DNA from: Mobula hypostoma
Taxonomy: Eukaryota
Direction: 5' to 3'
Assembly: GCF_963921235.1 (NCBI RefSeq)
Contig: NC_086101.1
Coordinates: 4,900,001 to 4,964,000, forward strand
DNA length: 64,000 nt
In this document: positions 26,021-38,400 of the stretch, one piece after another
Position numbering within the stretch: position 1 is the stretch's first letter
Layout of the letters: each line of letters starts with the position of its first letter
Notes under the pieces: generated by a model
What the model was told of the DNA's origin: nothing
Databases searched by the model: none
The model's input: only the letters and a program-made list of their open reading frames with translations
Program-made: the position numbers and the translations under genes

Positions 26021-26834
26021 CAGTTAATTTTCCCCCACAGAAACTTCTCATCAGGACTGCGCACCATGCTGCCTGACCTGCTAAGTGCTTGGGTGTCGGA
26101 CCAGCGTTGAAAGTGGACGTCAGGTTTTACCTCTAATATGAGGCACAGCACAGTCGGGCTGTCAACCTCAGTTTCCCAATGAACAGAGGCAACTGCGGGG
26201 GTGAGGGAATGGAAAACTGGGGTGTCATGAGCTTGTCCGGACCAATCTGAGGCAGCTCACTCGCTCTTGGTCCCCACCGGACAGTCAGCCTCTCACCTGT
26301 GGCTCCAAGTCGCTGTTTGCATGCGACTGCGGCCACACCCGGGACACTGCTTCGATAGGAGGGCTGAATCAGGTGAGGGTAGCCGGGAGGTCTCACGCCC
26401 CGGTGAGAGAGGGACATCCCTGTCCTCGCATGTGAAGTCAGCTCCAGGGGTCTGGGTGAACCAGGCCAACGATGAGACCCAATGGCCGGGAAGGCAGCTC
26501 TGCAAAGCTCCGCGGAGAGCAGAGGGCAGCAGAAGGCACAGCAAAGTCATGGTCATCCACTGCAAACAAGCAAAACCCCAGTTGTTACACTATTCGTACC
26601 CCTGGACCCGGATTTCTGGGGTCGAGAGAGTGGAAATACCCCAGTGCAAGGCCTTTTCAACGTTGTTGGATCTGATGGACCACCGACCATCAGTTGGGAC
26701 AGATCCGAGGAGATGTGGATCCATCGGCTGGTCTTGGCTCTGGGCCGTTTGAAGTTCTACGTGTTGGAAGATTCTAACGGTGGTCGTCCCGGCGCCCGGT
26801 TCGGAGGAGGAGCTGAGGAGCAGGACGCTGCAGA

Positions 26835-27424
26835 TCAGAAGGCGAATCTTACAGTGTAGGTGGCTTGGTGCCCGTTGTCCCAAGCGTAGAGCAGCTTGTC
26901 TGCTGGGTTGTAGTCCACCTGAGTCAGGAGAGAGTGCACACTTCGCATCCTTAGCCCTGGGTTCGACTCAAAGCCCGTGTAGGTGTCAAACGCATAGGTG
27001 ATTGTGCCTTCCGCCTGCCCCTGCAGGTCCATGGCGTACAAGACACCACATATCAGGAAGGAGTTCCTGTAGGAAGCCCGTGTGACGTGGGTTCTCCAGG
27101 TGGTCTCCTTCCTCGTGGTCAGGTCGATGGGGTCCAAGCGGCTGAGGACCAGGACCTCCTCCGGGAGGTAGCCATAGTCGTTGGAGAAGTACGTGACCCA
27201 AAGGCCGCCCTCATCCACGGTGAAATCCACCTCGGAGTAGCCCTTCCAACCGGCCGGAGTGGTCAGCTCATCCAGCAAACACCAGCCGGCGGCCGCCCGC
27301 TTCCGCAGGTCGTAGCGGATGATGCTGCGCGTGTACGCCTTGTGGTAGTAGAAGGAGCCGTTGTAAACGGCGTGGCCTGTCCCCATCCAGCTGTACGGGA
27401 GCTTGTAGGTGTTGAGCCGGCGAC
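26835..27424 (-). CDS. OLFML2-family terminal exon, olfactomedin domain C-terminal part, (G)RRLNTYKLPYSWMGTGHAVYNG...LYAWDNGHQATYTVRFAF*
   Basis: Olfactomedin motifs GTGH.VYNG, VDE.GLW, CGVLY, YAFDT and DYNP.DKLLYAWDNGH, plus KETTWRT typical of OLFML2. Acceptor cttgttgcag, phase 1, stop TGA. Confidence 0.95.
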
Positions 27425-27605
27425 CTGCAACAAGAGGACGGCACGGCGGTCACCAGGACATCAAAACCTCAGCCTCAGCCCATCCCTCCCGCTCTGTCCC
27501 GGTGACACCCACCACCCAGCGACCGACCGACTTTATAACACCGCACAGAACAGGCCCCTTGAGCCCAACGAGCCGCACCATCCAGCAGCCCAGCGAGTTA
27601 TATAT

Positions 27606-29060
27606 AGACCATAAGACAAAGGAGCAGAAGTAGGCCATTTGGCCCATCGAGTCTGCTCCACCATTTTATCATGAGCTGATCCATTCTCCCTTTCAGTCCC
27701 ACTCCCCCGTCTTCTCACTATAACCTTTGATGCCCTGGCTACTCAGATACCTATCAATCTCTGCCTTAAATACACCCAATGACTTGGCCTCCGCTGCTGC
27801 CCGTGGCAACAAATTCCACAGATTCACCACCATCTGGCAAAAAAAATGTCTTCGCATTTCTGTTCTGAATGGTCGCCATTCAATCCTTAAGTCATGCCCT
27901 CTCGTACTAGACTCCCCCATCATGGGAAACAACTTTGTCACATCCACTCTGTCCATGCCTTTCAACATTCCAAATGTTTCTATGAGGCCCCCCCCCCATT
28001 CTTCGAAACTCCAAGGAATACAGTCCAAGAGCGGACAAACGTTCCTCATATGTAAACCCTCTCATTCCCGGAATCATTCTAGTGAATCTTCTCTGTACCC
28101 TCTCCAACATCAGCACGTCCTTTCTTAAATAAGGAGACCAAAACTGCCCACAGTACTCCAAGTGAGGTCTCACCAGCGCCTTATAGAGCCTCAACATCAC
28201 ATCCCTGCTCCTATACTCTATTCCTCTAGAAATCAATGCCAACATTGCATTCGCCTTCTTCACCACCGACTCAACCTGGAGGGTAACCTCAAGGGTATCC
28301 TGTACGAGGACTCCCAAGGCCCATTGCATCTCCGAACTTTGAATTCTCTCCCCATTTAAATAATAGTCTGCCCACTTACTTCTTCTGCCAAAGTGCATAA
28401 CCATACACTTTCAAACACTGTATTTCATTTGCCACTTCTTTGCCCATTCTTCCAATCTATCCAAGTCTCTCTGCAGACTCTCTGTTTCCTCAACACTACC
28501 GGCCCCTCCACCTATCTTTGTATCGTCAGCAAACTTAGCCACAAAGCCATCTATTCCATAATCCAAATTGTTGATGTACAATGTAAAAAGAAACGGCCCC
28601 AACACTGATCCCTGTGGAACACCACTGGTAACCGGCAGCCAACCAGAATAGGATCCCTTTATTCCCACTCTCTGTTTCCTGCCAATCAGCCAACGCTCTA
28701 TCCACGTATGTAACTTCCCCGTAAGTGCATGGGTTCTTATCTTGTTAAGTAGCCTCATGTGTGGCACCTTGTCAAAGGCCTTCTGAAAATCCAAATATAC
28801 AACATCCACTGCATCTCCCTTGTCTCGCCTACTGGTAGTTTCCTCAAAAAATTGTAATAGGTTTGTCAGGCGGGATTTTCCTTTAAGGAATCCATGCTGA
28901 GTTCTGCCTATCTTGTCATATGCCTCCAGGTACTCTGTAACCTCATCCTTGACAATCGACTCCAACAACTTCCCAGCGACCAATGTCAAGCTAACAGGTC
29001 TATAATTTCCTTCTTGCTTCCTTGCCGCCTTCTTAAATAGCAATCTTCCAGTCCTCCCAA
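27606..29060 (-). mobile_element. 5'-truncated CR1 LINE, relatively young
   Basis: Long RT ORFs (YLDFQKAFDKV, GVPQGSVLGP, KFADD) with few disruptions and an intact 3' UTR. Confidence 0.92.
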
Positions 29061-29545
29061 ACCATTGTTATTGAACTGAGCCTAACTGCAGGACGGTTTA
29101 CCATGGCCAGTTACCCTCCCGACTGGTACGTCTTTGGACTGTGGGTAGACCCGGAGAAAATGCACGCATTCTGCAGGGAGAATGTCTGGGATTAAGCTCT
29201 GAACCCCAACGGCCGAGCTGTAATAACGTTGCACTGACTGCTACACTTTGCAGCCCCCTTGATCACCGACCAGGGTTCAATACCCACCGCTATCTATGTT
29301 CTCCCCCTGACCGCATGGGTTTCCTGCGTCCATCCAAAGGCGTAGGAGTCAGAGGAGTAACTCGTGAGCGTGCTATGTTGACGCTGAATTGTTGGTGACA
29401 GTTGCACGTCCGATCATTGCGAGCTGCCCCCAGCTCCTCCTCGGACTGTGTTGGTCATCAACGCCAGAAACGTGGTGGTGCTTGCGGGCTGTCCTCAGCT
29501 CCTCCTCGGACTGTGTTGGCCGTTGACACAAACGGCACATTTCAC

Positions 29546-30386
29546 TCACAAACAAGAGAAGATCTGCAGATGCTGGAAATTCAAGCAACGCACAGAAAAT
29601 GCTGGAGGAACTCAGCCAGCCTGGGCAGCATCCATGGACACGAATGCGGTCATCCTTTCAGGCCGAGACCCTTCGGCAGGACAGGAGAAAAAGACGAGGA
29701 GTCAGAATTAGAAGGTAGGGGGAGGGGAGGAAGAAACACAAGGTGAAAGGTGAAACCAGGAGGGGGGAGGGGTGAAGTAAAGAGCTGGGAAGTTGATTGA
29801 TGAAAGAGATACAGGGCTGGAGAAGGGGGAATCTGACCTACCATCCCACCAGCCTCCGCGTCCAGCACATAATTCTGCATAACATTTGTCACCTCCAGCG
29901 GGATCCCGCCATTTTCCCAATGAGGCCACACTCAGGTTGGAGGAACAACACTTTATATTCCCTCTGGGTAGCCTCCAACCTGATGGCATGAACATCAATT
30001 TCTCAAACTTATGGTAATGCCCCCACCCCTTCTCTATTCCCCATTCCCATTTCTCTCCCTCATCTTATCTCCTTACCTGCCCATCACCTCCCTCTGGTGC
30101 TCCTCCCTCTTTTCTTTCTTCCATGGCCTTCTGTCCCCTCTTATTAGATTTCCCGTGTCCAGCCGTGTATCTCTTTCACTAATCAACTTCCCAGCTCTTT
30201 ACTTCACTCCCCGCCCCCGGGTTTCACCTATCACCGTGTGTTTCTCCCTCCCCTCCACCCTCACCCTCCAACTCATCTTTTTCTCCAGTCCTGCCGAAGG
30301 GTTTCGGCCCGAAGCATCGACTGTACGCTTTCCCGTAGACGTTGCCTGGCCTGCTGAGTTCCTCCAGCACTCTGTGTGTGTCGCTG
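29546..30386. mobile_element. Second inverted Penelope-derived cassette with degenerate hammerhead cores
   Basis: Minus arm ~29546-29835 and plus arm ~29835-30386. Cores at ~29648-29682 (-) and ~30286-30323 (+). Flanked by V-SINE-like sequence. Confidence 0.7.
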
Positions 30387-32444
30387 ATACTTCACCGCAT
30401 GTTCCGATGTTTCAAAGCACATCCCACACATAGTCTTTTATCTTCATACCTTTCGCAGACTGCCCTTGTCTGCCCCCACCACCCTGCCGGCAGGGAGCTC
30501 CACAACAAGGTGACTCCTTGGACGAGTTGGGTTTTCTGCACAATGCCCCCCTCTCTTCCTCTCACCACCCAAATGCCGCAGGGAGCAGCAGTCGATTTCC
30601 CCTCCCTGGTTTGGAGAACTTGTTATTGGCCGTATCTGCATGCTGCTGGACAACCCTGCTCCTTCACCGTCTCCAACTAATTGAGAGTCCTACCCTGCTG
30701 TAAGTCTGGCCAGCCTTTCCTGTTCCCTGTCAACTGAGGCAGATAAGAAGTGCGTTGGGATAATAAATCGTTGGATTTCTCAGGCCTAGAGGGCTGGGAA
30801 GGCTCACAAACTGAGTATATTCATACAACAGTACAGTGATCTTGTGCCAACCCTTTAGTCTCCTCTAAGATCAATCTAACCCTTCCCTCCCATATAGCCC
30901 TCCATTTTTGTTTTATCCATTTACTCATCCAAGAGTCTCTTTAATGTCCCTAATGTATGTCTGTACCACCTCTCCTGGAAACACAGTCCACACACTCACC
31001 ACTCTCTGTGTTTAAAAAAAAATACCTCTAACACCCCCCATACTTTCCCCCAATCACCTTAAAATTATTAGCCATTTCCGCCCAGGGAATAAAGTTTGTC
31101 TATCCACTCGATCTGTGTTTACCTGGTATTATGTTTCACATCTTTATCAAGTCAATGCATTCCCACCATCAGTATGAGCCCATGTTCCCTTTCTCCCATG
31201 GTCCACTCTCCCCTCCTAACAGATTCCTTCTTCTTCAACCCTTTGCCTCTTCCACCTATCACCTCCCAGCTTCTTACTTCATTCCCCCCCCCGCACCTCA
31301 CCCACCAGGCTTCACCTATCACCTTCAAGCTATCGTCCTTCCCCAACCCCATCCACCTTCTTATTCTGGAATCTTCCCTCTTCCTTTCCAGTCCTGATGA
31401 CGGGTCTCAGCCCGAAATGTCAAATGATTATTCCTCTCCACCTGACCTGGTGAGTTCCTCCAGAATTTCATGTGTGTATAGCATTACCCCCTCCCCGACC
31501 CCACTCCCCTGTACTTTTCTGTGAACACCTCCAAATTACGCCATTTTTATCCTGAGAAAAAAAGAGAGCACATGAGACCTTTAGCTATGAAGTAGATCAA
31601 AGCATATGGATTTACGGCAGAAACATAGGATTGAGGTAAACGAGCCACGATCCTGTTGAATGGGGAAGCAGGCGTCAGGGACCGTGTTGCCTGCCTTCTG
31701 CCTCCATTTCTCATGTCCTTCTGGACACTCGCTGCACTCCACACATGGTCCACCTGATAGCAGATGGGAGTAGAGCTGTGATGGACTGAATGGCCTCCCA
31801 CTTTCAGTCAGAGAGGCAGAGATATCAAGCTGCAGTTTAACTGACTGTACATGTAGACAACCAAACACAACAACGTTCATCCAGACACAGCACATAAAAC
31901 ATAATATCACCATAAATAAATTCAGCACGCATGTAGTGTGCAGCGCAGGGAAACAGTAAGCAGCTCGTTGTCCCAGTGACGAGACCTCGTAGGGTCACAG
32001 GCTAAGGGAAGAAGCTGTCACCCAGTCTGACAGTCCGAGTCCTGATGCTCCTGTACCTCCTTCCCGATGGTAGTGGGTCAGAGACATGGTGAAATGGGTG
32101 GTCAGCATCCTCAACAACGTTTCAGGCTCTTCATCCACAGCACTCCCGGTAGGTGTCACAAATAGGGGAAGGGAGACACTGGTGATCTTCCGGGTTGTGT
32201 TTACTATCCCCTGTGGGGCCCCGCAGTCCGGTGCCTTGCAGTTTCTGTACGTACCACACAATGATGCAGCCAGCGACGTGTAATTCAGATGTACATCAAG
32301 ACAAGCCGTGAAATGCACGAACAGCTGGCACACGCAAGGATGTGCTGGGGGCCGCCTGCAAGTGTCACAACACGTTCCTGCTCCAGCATAGCACATTCAG
32401 AATTAACTGAGCTACATTCTGATTCTGTGATAAGAGGAAAACAT

Positions 32445-33088
32445 CACACAGGGTTGTAAAGAAGGCTTTTGGCATCCTGGCATTCGTAAATCAATGTATT
32501 GAGTATCGGAGTTGGGATGTTATGGGGAGGTTGCATAAGACATTGGTGAGGCCAAATTTGGAGTATTGTGTACAGTTCTTGTCACCTAACTATAGGAAGG
32601 ATATCAGTAAGATTGAAAGAATGCAGAGAAGATTTACTAGGATGTTGCCGAGTCTTCAGGAATTGAGTTACAGAGAAAGATTGAATAGGTTAGGACTTTA
32701 TTCCTTGGAGTGTAAAAGAATGAGGGGAGATTTTGATAGAGGTTTACAAAATTATGAAGGGTATAGACAGAGTAAATGTGAATAGGCTCTTTCCACTTAG
32801 ATTAGGAGAGATAAATACGAGAGGACATGGCTTTAGGGTGAAAGGGGAAAGGTTTAGGGGGAACTTCTTCATTCAGAGAGTGGTGGGAGTGCGGAATGAG
32901 CTGCCATCTGACGTGGTAAATGCAGGCTCACTCTTATGTTTTAAGAATAAATTGGATAAATACACGGATGGGAGAGGTCTGGAGGGTTATGGACTGGGTG
33001 CAGGTCAACGGGACGAGCGTAATAAAGTTTCAGCACAGACTAGAAGGGCCGAATGGCCTGTTTTCTGTGCTGTAGTGTTCTATGGTTC
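32445..33088 (+). mobile_element. CR1 3' fragment
   Basis: LVRPNLEYCVQF...IEVYKIMKGIDRV plus 3' tail. Confidence 0.85.
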
Positions 33089-33089
33089 T

Positions 33090-33640
33090 ACCAGGGCACT
33101 TTATTCAGTTGCTCCTGTACCTAATGAAGTGGTCATTGACTGTATGTTTGTGGTCTTCTGCTGCTGTAGCCCACCCTATTCAAGGTTCGACCTGTTGCAT
33201 GTTCAAAGATGCTCTCCTGCACACCACAGTTGTAACGTGCAGTTATTTGAGTTACTGTCACCTTCCTGTCAGCTTGAACCAGTCTGGCCATTCTCCTCTG
33301 ACCTCTCTCATTAACAAGGTGTTTCCACCCACAGAACTGCTGCTCACTGGATGTTATCTGTAGTTCACACCACTCTCTGTAAACTCTAGAGACCGTTATC
33401 TGTGAAAATCCCAGAAGATCAGCAGTTTCTGAGATACTCAAACCACCCCATCTGGCACCAATAACCATTCCACGGTCAAAGTCACTGAGATCACATTTCT
33501 TCCCCATTCTGATGTTTGACCTGAACAACAACTGAACCTCTTGACCATGTCTGCATGCTTTTCTGCACTGAGCTGCTGCCACAGTATCGGCTGATCAGAT
33601 ATTTGCATTAACGAGCAGGGGCACAGATGCTCCTAATAAA
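33090..33640 (-). mobile_element. Internally deleted Tc1-like element (N-terminal HTH part of the transposase)
   Basis: MGKKCDLSDFDRGMVIGAR.GGLSISETADLLGFS..TVSRVYREW ... RRMARLVQADRK.TVTQIT; no DDE domain. Confidence 0.8.
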
Positions 33641-34520
33641 CTGTATGTTCACAGTCTGGTCTTGGAAACTCCCCCACCCCCACCCCTCCAGGAGTTATCT
33701 GTCACTGATGGCCAAACTCTGGACCTTTCTTGTAGCCGTTGTAGTTTACAGTTGGTCCAACCGCGATTCTAGTCAGTGCTCGGCCCCTTCAATGGTGGCA
33801 GTGGTCATGGTGGTGCACGTCAGGGGTGCGTGCCCCGAGGTGGTTATGTTGGGGACGCAGATTCATTTACGTAGCACATGTACATTGAAACGTACAGGGA
33901 AATACACCGACTAGGTTAACAAAGATGTGTGTGGGCCACACATTACGGCAGCGGTCCCCAACCACTGGGCCGCGGACCGGTACCAGGCCGCAAAGCATGT
34001 GCTACCGGGCCACGAGGAAACGATATGAGTCAGCTGCACCTTTCCTCATTCCCTGTCACGTACTGTTGAACTTGAACATAGGGTTGCCAACTGTCCAGTA
34101 TTTGCCAGGACATCCCGTATAGGATGTGGGGTGGGACTGCGCAGGCGTGTGACGTCGGGCAGTGCAGCGCGGCAGATTTAAAAGGGCAGACATCCTGCTT
34201 CGGATTTGATTCGAAGAAGGAGTCTGAGAGTCTGAGTGGGAGTGCCGAAAAAGAGATTTTTGAAATTTTCGTTATTTTTTTTTCTCCAATGGCTTTCTGA
34301 GAGGCGGGACTGCGCAGGCGTGTGACGTCGGGCAGTGCAGCGCGGCAGATTTAAAAGGAACAGAGCCTCAGAGAGCGGGCAGCGTAGTTTGCGGGCGGCG
34401 GAGTGAGCCGGGAGCAGAGTGAAGACTTAAGGGCTTCGGCTCACCGGGCTTAGGCGGAAGCGGGCGAGGCGAGGAAGGTTTGACATTCATTTTCTGTTGC
34501 TATTTGAGGAGAGGGGCATT

Positions 34521-35456
34521 ATGACTGTGAGGGCAGTTTGCTGTTCTCGGTGTCGGATGTGGGAGGCCCTGGAGTCTCCAAGCCTCCCGGACGTCTACAT
34601 CTGCGCCAAGTGCATCGAGATGCAGCTCCTAAGGGACCGCGTTACGGAACTGGAGCTGCAGCTCGATGACCTTCGTCTGGTCAGGGAGAGCGAGGAGGTG
34701 ATAGAGAGGAGTGGAAGGCAGGTGGTCACGCCGGGGCCACGGGAGGCAGACAAGTGGGTCACGGTTAGGAGGGGGAAGGGGAAAAGGAAGGTGATGGGGA
34801 GTACCCCGGCGGCTGTGCCCCTTAACAACAGGTACTCCTGTTTGAGTACTGTTGGGGGGGACAGCTTACCCGGGGGAAGCGACAGTGGCCCTGCCTCCGG
34901 CACAGAGTCTGGCCCTGTAGCTCAGAAGGGTAGGGCAAGGAAGAGGAGGGCAGTTGTGATAGGGGACTCGATAGTAAGGGGGTCAGATAGGCGATTCTGT
35001 GGACGCAGTCCAGAGACTCGGATGGTAGTTTGCCTCCCTGGTGCCAGGGTCCGGGATATTTCTGATCGTGTCCAAGATATCCTGAAGTGGGAGGGTGAAG
35101 AGCCAGAGGTCCTGGTACATATAGGTACCAATGACATAGGTAGGAAAAGGGATGAGGTCCTGAAAGAAGAATATAGGGAGCTAGGAAGGGAGTTGAGAAA
35201 AAGGACCGCAAAGGTAGTAATCTCGGGATTACTGCCTGTGCCACGCGACAGTGAGAGTAGGAATGCGATGAGGTGGAGGATAAATGCGTGGCTGAGGGAT
35301 TGGAGCAGGGGGCAGGGATTCAAGTTTTTGGATCATTGGGACCTCTTTTGGCGCAGGTGTGACCTGTACAAAAAGGACGGGTTACACTTAAATCCTCGGG
35401 GGACCAATATCCTGGCAGGGAGATTAGCGGGGGCTACTGAGGTGACTTTAAACTAG
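34521..35456 (+). CDS. CR1 ORF1p: Cys-rich zinc-finger-like N-terminus, coiled coil, SGNH/GDSL esterase
   Basis: First ATG at 34521. CSRC..CAKC, heptad LRDRVTELELQLDDL, and esterase blocks GDSI, GTND and DGLH. Confidence 0.92.
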   Translation: MTVRAVCCSRCRMWEALESPSLPDVYICAKCIEMQLLRDRVTELELQLDDLRLVRESEEVIERSGRQVVTPGPREADKWVTVRRGKGKRKVMGSTPAAVPLNNRYSCLSTVGGDSLPGGSDSGPASGTESGPVAQKGRARKRRAVVIGDSIVRGSDRRFCGRSPETRMVVCLPGARVRDISDRVQDILKWEGEEPEVLVHIGTNDIGRKRDEVLKEEYRELGRELRKRTAKVVISGLLPVPRDSESRNAMRWRINAWLRDWSRGQGFKFLDHWDLFWRRCDLYKKDGLHLNPRGTNILAGRLAGATEVTLN

Positions 35457-38400
35457 AATGGTTGGGGGGTGGGAATCAAATTAAAGCGGCTAGGTGTGAG
35501 GAGGTTAGTTCACAACAGAGGGATGGGAACCAGTGCAGAGAGACAGAGGGGTGTAAAGTGAGCGTAGAAGCAAAAAGTACAAAGGGGAAAAGTAAAAGTG
35601 GCAGGCCGACAAATCCAGGGCAAGCATTAAAAAGGGCTAAGAGAGTTGTAAAAGAGTGCCTGAAGGCTTTATGTGTCAATGCAAGGAGCATTCGTAATAA
35701 GGTGGATGAATTGAAAGTGCAGATTGTTATTAATGATTATGATATAGTTGGGATCACAGAGACATGGCTCCAGGGTGACCAGGGATGGGAGCTCAACGTT
35801 CAGGGATATTCAATATTCAGGAGGGATAGACACGAAGGAAGGGGAGGTGGGGTGGCGTTGCTGGTTAAAAAAGAGATTAACGCAATAGAAAGGAAGGACA
35901 TAAGCCGGGAAGATGTGGAATCGATATGGGTAGAGCTGCGTAACACTAAGGGGCAGAAGACGCTGGTGGGAGTTGTGTACAGGCCACCTAACAGTAGTAG
36001 TGAGGTCGGAGATGGTATTAAACAGGAAATTAGAAATGTGTGCAATAAAGGAACAGCAGTTATAATGGGTGACTTCAATCTACATGTAGACTGGGTGAAC
36101 CAAATTGGTAAAGGTGCTGAGGAAGAGGATTTCTTGGAATGTATGCGGGATGGTTTTTTGAACCAACATGTCGAGGAACCGACTAGAGAGCAGGCTATTC
36201 TGGACTGGGTTTTGAGCAATGAGGAAGGGTTAATTAGCGATCTTGTCGTGAGAGGCCCCTTGGGTAAGAGTGACCATAATATGGTGGAATTCTTCATTAA
36301 CATGGAGAGTGACGTAGTTAATTCAGAAACAAAGGTTCTGAACTTAAAGAGGGGTAACTTTGAAGGTATGAGACATGAATTAGCTAAGATAGACTGGCAA
36401 ATGACACTTCAAGGATTGACGGTGGATATGCAATGGCAGGCATTTAAAGGTTGCATGGATGAACTACAACAATTGTTCATCCCAGTTTGGCAAAAGAATA
36501 AATCAAGGAAGGTAGTGCACCCGTGGCTGACAAGAGAAATTAGGGATAGTATCAATTCCAAAGAAGTAGCATACAAATTAGCCAGAGAAAGTGGCTCACC
36601 TGAGGACTGGGAGAAATTCAGAGTTCAGCAGAGGAGGACAAAGGGCTTAATTAGGAAGGGGAAAAAAGATTATGAGAGAAAACTGGCAGAGAACATAAAA
36701 ACGGACTGTAAAAGCTTTTATAGATATGTAAAAAGGAAAAGACTGATAAAGACAAATGTAGGTCCCCTGCAAACAGAAACAGGTGAATTGATTATGGGGA
36801 GCAAGGACATGGCAGACCAATTGAATAATTACTTTGGTTCTGTCTTCACTAAGGAGGACATAAATAATCTTCCAGAAATAGTAAGGGACAGAGGGTCCAG
36901 TGAGATGGAGGAACTGAGCGAAATACATGTTAGTAGGGAAGTGGTGTTAGGTAAATTGAAGGGATTGAAGGCAGATAAATCCCCAGGGCCAGATGGTCTG
37001 CATCCCAGAGTGCTTAAGGAAGTGGCCCAAGAAATAGTGGATGCATTAGTGATAATTTTTCAAAACTCGTTAGATTCTGGACTAGTTCCTGAGGATTGGA
37101 GGGTGGCTAATGTAACCCCACTTTTTAAAAAAGGAGGGAGAGAGAAACCGGGGAATTATAGGCCGGTTAGCCTAACGTCGGTGGTGGGGAAACTGCTGGA
37201 GTCAGTTATCAAGGATGTGATAACAGCACATTTGGAAAGCGGTGAAATGATCGGACAAAGTCAGCATGGATTTGTGAAAGGAAAATCATGTCTGACGAAT
37301 CTCATAGAATTTTTTGAGGATGTAACTAGTAGAGTGGATAGGGGAGAACCAGTGGATGTGGTATATTTGGATTTTCAAAAGGCTTTTGACAAGGTCCCAC
37401 ATAGGAGATTAGTGTGCAAACTTAAAGCACACGGTATTGGGGGTAAGGTATTGGTGTGGGTGGAGAATTGGTTAGCAGACAGGAAGCAAAGAGTGGGAAT
37501 AAACGGGACCTTTTCAGAATGGCAGGCGGTGACTAGTGGGGTACCGCAAGGCTCAGTGCTGGGACCCCAGTTGTTTACAATATATATTAATGACTTGGAT
37601 GAGGGAATTAAATGCGGCATCTCCAAGTTTGCGGATGACACGAAGCTGGGTGGCAGTGTTAGCAGTGAGGAGGATGCTAAGAGGATGCAGGGTGACTTGG
37701 ATAGGTTGGGTGAGTGGGCAAACTCATGGCAGATGCAATTTAATGTGGATAAATGTGAAGTTATCCACTTTGGTGGCAAAAATAGGAAAACAGATTATTA
37801 TCTGAATGGTGGCCGATTAGGAAAAGGGGAGGTGCAACGAGACCTGGGTGTCATTATACACCAGTCATTGAAAGTGGGCATGCAGGTACAGCAGGCGGTG
37901 AAAAAGGCGAACGGTATGCTGGCATTTATAGCGAGAGGATTCGAGTACAGGAGCAGGGAGGTACTACTGCAGTTGTACAAGGCCTTGGTGAGACCACACC
38001 TGGAGTATTGTGTGCAGTTTTGGTCCCCTAATCTGAGGAAAGACATCTTTGCCATAGAGGGAGTACAAAGAAGGTTCACCAGATTGATTCCTGGGATGGC
38101 AGGTCTTTCATATGAAGAAAGACTGGATGAACTGGGCTTGTACTCGTTGGAATTTAGAAGATTGAGGGGGGATCTGATTGAAACGTATAAGATCCTAAAG
38201 GGATTGGACAGGCTAGATGCAGGAAGATTGTTCCCGATGTTGGGGAGGTCTAGAACGAGGGGTCACAGTTTGAGGATAGAGGGGAAGCCTTTTAGGACCG
38301 AGGTTAGGAAAAACTTCTTCACACAGAGAGTGGTGAATCTGTGGAATTCTCTGCCACAGCAAACTGTTGAGGCCAGTTCATTAGCTATGTTTAAAAGGAA

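Noticed and set aside
34149..34157. TGACGT core as an ATF6/XBP1 response element linking the CR1 to the neighbouring ATF6B
   Set aside because: The sequence is TGACGTCG (CRE-like), not the TGACGTGG UPRE, and proximity to the gene has no mechanistic bearing.
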